A stretch of 64,000 bases of DNA from Neocallimastix sp. 'constans' (taxonomy: Eukaryota). The position numbers and the translations under genes were made by a program. Positions 58,600 through 64,000 of the stretch are shown in pieces (the stretch's first letter is position 1; every line of letters starts with the position of its first letter). Under the pieces are notes generated by a model that did not search any database, was not told the origin of the DNA, and worked only from the letters and a program-made list of their open reading frames with translations. The stretch is taken from assembly GCA_050613775.1 (NCBI GenBank), contig JBODTK010000123.1, positions 62,001-126,000 on the forward strand, read 5' to 3'.

Positions 58600-61500
58600 T
58601 AAAATAAAATAAAAAAAGATAAAAAGATAAAATATGATGGATTTTATATTTAATTATTTATTAATTTATTAAATTAAAAAAAAAAAAAAAATCAGATTAT
58701 TTTTTAAAAAAAAAAAAATAAAAACAAAATTAAAATATATTATTAATAATTACTTGTGGTAAAAATGAAACACATTTTAATCCAAGAGTTTTAAATATAT
58801 ATATAATTGCTTGTACAACAGCTGTATGATGTACATTCAACGATGGATCACGTAAAATTCTCATTAAGGCATTAATTGCTACAGTTGGATAATATTCTTC
58901 AGAAGATGGGTTTAAGCCTAGTGGTAAGTTATCTTCTGGAGTTTCACTACTAACATTTGATATATTTTCATTTGGGTTACGTAATGCCATCTATAAAAAT
59001 TAATAATAATTAATATATATATTTATTTAATTTATCTATTTATTTTAATTTTATTATTATTATTTTTATAATATATATATATATATATATATTTTATTTA
59101 TTTTTTTTTTTGTTCATTTTTTTTTTTTTTTTTTTTTTGATTAAATTTTTATACTAAATATTAAATAAATATTGGCTTATATATTATTTATATTTTAAAT
59201 TTTAAATAATAATAATCAATATACTTTATGCTTGTATGGATCTAAAGCACCAAGAATACCCATAACCTTTAATGTTTGTCTACGAATATCCATATTTTGT
59301 TCAGTTTTGAGAATACCGATAAGAATATTCAAAAGATTTGGATATTTAATATAAGATTCTATTGTGTAACCAGTATTACTTGCTAATTGACCTAAAGTTT
59401 TCAATGCTACTTCTCTTTTAGTCATATTACTTTGATCTTGTAAAGTTTCAATAATCATTGGGAATAAATCATCAAGATATGGAATCATATTCTCCCCAAT
59501 TAAAGCTAATTCACCAATAGCTTTTAAACTTTCAGAAGCTACACCTGGACTAGAATCTTTACATTTTGGAATTAAAACTTTAAGTAATGGTTCAACATAC
59601 GGTTTAATAAGTCTTCTTGAATTTTTAATTAAATGTGATAAAAGTCTTGCAGCTTCTTCTTTATTACAATTTACACCTGAATATTCTATTTCGGATAAAA
59701 GTTGAATTAAAGTTTTTCTTAATGATGGCATAATATAGGCAGGATTATGAACAATTAATCTACCGATAATAGTAATAGTAACTTCACGAATTGCAAAAAC
59801 TTCATCATTTAAAGCTAAGAACAAAGTTCTAATATTTTCAGCTTGAGCCAAATGATGATCAAATCTTTCATCTAATGATGATAATACTGTTTTTCTAATT
59901 TGAGCATCTAAATAGATAAGTTAATAAGCAAATAATAATTAAATATAAAATAATAAAATTTTATTATTATTATTGCTATCAAGTAAATTAAATCTTACCT
60001 GAATCAGTAATACCAACTGTTAATAATTTTTCTAATACTTCTCCAACAATTTGCATAGAATTATTACTTGTTTGATAGCAAACGGGATCATTAACTAATA
60101 AATGACAACAAGTAATTGCAGCTGATTTTCTAACTTCAGCATTATCATCTTCTAAATATCTTACAATATATTCTCTAACAAATTCATTTAACATATGACC
60201 AGAAAAATCAAAGGTACCTAGAGTTTTTAAAGCTAATATTATAGTTTCTGTATCATGTCCATCTGTTGCCTAATTAAATAAAAATTTAAGCATCATAAGG
60301 TTTTATTACATAATATTAATTATATATTTTGACAAATTTTCATTATCATTTAGAAAATTTAAAATAACCAACAACAATAACAACAACAACAACAACAACA
60401 ATAATAATAATAATAACAATAGTAATAATAATAATAATTACTTGTAATTGTATCTGAGTTTGAATTAAATTATTTTGTTTTGCGAATGATGAATTTGGAT
60501 GATGGTATGGTTGACCACTTAAAATAATAGATAAAACATTTAATAAACGATCTAATAATATTAACATATATATTGATATATAAAATTTGAATTAATTAAT
60601 TTTATAAATTTGAATTAATTAGTATTTTATATGTAAATTATATTAAATATATACCTTGAATAGTTGGTAATAATGGTGGGATATAATGCGCTAAATCTGA
60701 TAATGCTTGTGTTAATGATTCACTTAATCCTTGGGCAAGCATTATATCTAATAATTCATGCATATGTTTTGTTAAAGCTTGACCAACAGCTGTTGCTAGC
60801 ATACTAATACATTGAAATATATATACTTCGGTACCAACACGACTACGTCTTTATTTATAGATATATGTGTAAATATTAATAATTAGGAAATATATAAATT
60901 TAAATATAAATATTAATTAATATATCATGTGAATTAAATTCATACGATTTTTGGGTTAAAACTTCCTTAATATTTAATGTAATTGATTCTAAGTATGGTC
61001 CAATATTACTTCCTACTGCAATAGCAATTTTACCGATAGATGTAAATGCTTTTTATTATAATGTAAATTAATATTATATATTAGCTATCGAAATATTAAA
61101 ATCTGTATTTATGTATTAAAAAAATATTAAAAACTATATATCAATAATAATTACCAATTGAACGATCTCTATCTTTTTTTAATTGATTTAATAAATAATC
61201 CATACAATTTTTAAGATAATTATCAACAAAAGTTTGAGAATCATAACTAGCTAAATCTGACATTAAAGATATAACCGTTCTACGAATTAAATTATCTTTA
61301 CTATCTCTATTTTTAATAACAATATCTGTAATATCTTCATAATATTTATCCATAAACTAAATTATAATAAATAATATTAATATTTTTTTTTTTTTTTTTT
61401 TTTTTTATATATATATATATATATATATAATTTAAAAATAATATTAAATTAAATAAAAAATTATATTTACATTTCCAGTATGTAATAATAATTCTCGAAT

Positions 61501-62912
61501 AACTAACAAACAACCATGAACAGTATCTGAACTTCCAAATTTTAAGCCTTTTTGAGCTTCATCTAAAATACTTTTATATAATTCATTATTTATATTATTT
61601 TCTCTTTGTTGAATTAATACAAGACAAACACTCAATGCATCAGCAGCACCTTCTCTAATGACAACCTATATTTTAAATATAATTTAATTTTGTTATATTA
61701 ATTTCATTCCTAAATTAACAATATATATAATATTATAAATTAAAGTTATATCAATAAATATATTGTATTACTTTTGGATCCTTTAAAACAACCCAAATTA
61801 GGTTCAAAATTTGAGTTACATATGAATAAATTAAAATTGGTGCATTTTGTGCTAATTCCTTTAATACTAAAACAGCAGCATATCTTTTAGATTCATGCCG
61901 GTCACCTAAAAATAAATATTATATAAGATGATTTTTTAAATAAAAATAATATAATATTTATTACTATTTTATGCAAACACTAAAATATTTATATAAAAAG
62001 ATTAATTTAACATTAATTATTCTTATTACCTTGAAGCCATTCTAAGGCACGTTTTACTTCAAATTCAACAAATTCGGGAGTTAATGTACCTCCAGATAAG
62101 GCTAAACGACCTAAAGCCTTTGAGGCCAAAACCATAGTTTGAAGATCATTTCCAGGTAGTACAAAACGTAAGTAATTTGCAAATCTTGTAATTTTTGTGG
62201 TATTTTCTTCTCCATCGAAATCAATTAATGAATCTATTTTATAAATGTTACATTTAAATTTATATTAATATTTCTATTAAATGAAATTTAATTCAATTTA
62301 TATTTTAATTTTTTGTTGACTTAATTAATACATTGTATTTTTTAATGTATTAATTATCTAAATTAATATATTAAAAATTATAATAATAATAGTAAAAATA
62401 ATAATAATAATTACCAATAGCTAAAATACCGCCAATCTTTTCATCATTATCATTACTCTGAATTAATGCAAAAATACGTCTATTAACATCATTTATAAAT
62501 TTTGTAAAATTTTCTCCAGAAATTTCTCTTGAAACTGATATAACCTTCAAATTTGGAAGATAAATAATAATTTGGAATTGTAAAAAATAGTAATTATTTT
62601 ATTAAAAATATAAAAAAATAATAAAAGATATAAATAAAAATAATTTTCAATATTTGATTAATATATATTAAAATTAATCATTGTATTTACATGTTCTTTT
62701 AAATCACTTGCAGCTTTATACTTTGTTTCTTCAGATCTTCAATAATATATTTTAGATATGTATATTTTATTTTATTTTATTTTATTTTTATTTTATTTTA
62801 TTTTATTTTATTTCTGATGTGTTATAATATATACTGTAATTAATTACCTGCTCTTTAAATCATTTAAAATCTTATTTAATACTTCATTTGACGGTGTCGT
62901 TGATAATGACAT
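51869..62912 (-). CDS. TOR: Serine/threonine-protein kinase TOR (about 25 exons)
   Basis: HEAT repeats ([34 protein letters not shown]), FAT ([24 protein letters not shown]), FRB ([13 protein letters not shown]...QAWDLYY), kinase ([38 protein letters not shown]) and FATC ending [12 protein letters not shown] at 51869. ATG at 62912 ([16 protein letters not shown]). Confidence 0.97.
52041..52380. repeat. (ATTT)n/(ATTTT)n microsatellite inside the last TOR intron
   Basis: Long uninterrupted TTTTA pentamer array. Confidence 0.95.
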
Positions 62913-64000
62913 CTTATTAAATAATTAATTTTAATTTTATATATATATATATATTTATATATATAAAAAAAAAATATATATATATATATATATAATATAA
63001 TAGATATAAAAATAATTAATTTATTTCATTAATGAAGTTATAATAAAAATAAAACTGTCTATTCAATTTATCTAATGTACAATATATAAATTATTAGTTT
63101 TTAAATTTCAAAGTCTGTATTATTATTTATTAATTAAATTAATTATAGCCTTGAAACTAAATATTATATATATATATATAAATAATATATTCACCTTTAT
63201 ATATTATATATGTCGATTTTATTAAGAATACATTTAATTATTCAAGGATTTTTGAATTTCCTTTATTTAAAATTATTTTAATTTCTATAAATTTAATCTT
63301 TTAAAAAATTAAAATTTTTATTACTATATCCAAATGCAAAAGTTTAAATTTTTATATTGTTAATGATATTAGTTAATTTTATCGTATTAAATAGATCCCG
63401 TAATGAATTTATTAATATAATTGAAATAAATACTATTAGTTTTATTACAAATTGAATGGTAATAAATGAAATTAATATTGAAAAGTAGTAATAAAATTTC
63501 CTTGAATAAATAATCGTTCTTTCTTGAATTTCTTTTATTTTTCTTATGTTTAGTTTATTAATTTATTTATTCTTTCTATTCATACATATACTTCTGAATT
63601 TACTTATTTAATTTTCTATTAAAATTAATGACATTTCTTTTTCTTTATCTATTTGACTTTTTATTATTTAAAAATCTATATATATAATATAAATAAAAAA
63701 AAAAAATAAGATAAAAAAAAAAGGAAAATATAATATATTTATAAATATTTTTAATTCATTCATTTATATTTTATTATATTAATTTATATGAACTATAAAA
63801 ATAATTGATGATACACATAATAACAGAAGTAATTAATTTAAAATATTTTAACTTTATTTGGATATTTATTTATTTATTCATTTAATTATTTTTTAATTTG
63901 TAAATTTTGAATCTTAATAATACAAATATTTTAATTTATTTTGGAATTTAATAAAACAAATATTCAATTATGTCTCTGTTATTTAATAGAACCAAAACTA

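Noticed and set aside
19895..62912. FAB1, TOR and a Tubby gene as a phosphoinositide-signalling gene cluster
   Set aside because: The Fab1-TORC1 functional link is real, but the genes are separated by unrelated SNU114 and a TF, and I see no shared regulatory feature. Without synteny data, chance is the simpler explanation.

Overview
This is eukaryotic, extremely AT-rich, intron-rich DNA saturated with microsatellites. Composition, intron style and gene content suggest an anaerobic gut fungus (Neocallimastigomycota); that assignment is an inference. I assembled six spliced genes by hand. (1) A minus-strand gene joins an Sld2/RecQ4-type N-terminal domain to a divergent Tubby C-terminal domain through a long acidic linker. 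(2) A minus-strand gene combines a CBM21-like module with a domain resembling the C-terminal extension of Pseudoalteromonas/invertebrate alpha-amylases, with no catalytic domain. (3) FAB1/PIKfyve. (4) SNU114/EFTUD2. (5) A Zn2Cys6 transcription factor. (6) TOR. Intergenic DNA holds a ~52-57 bp minisatellite with a higher-order period. It is interrupted by a 5'-truncated poly(A) retroelement with a 14-bp target-site duplication and a strand-specific RNA hairpin. A degenerate relative of that element lies at ~39.4-40.8 kb, along with several small duplications and palindromes elsewhere. The two unusual domain architectures (genes 1 and 2) are the best candidates for something undescribed. All homology calls come from recalled motifs, not database searches.
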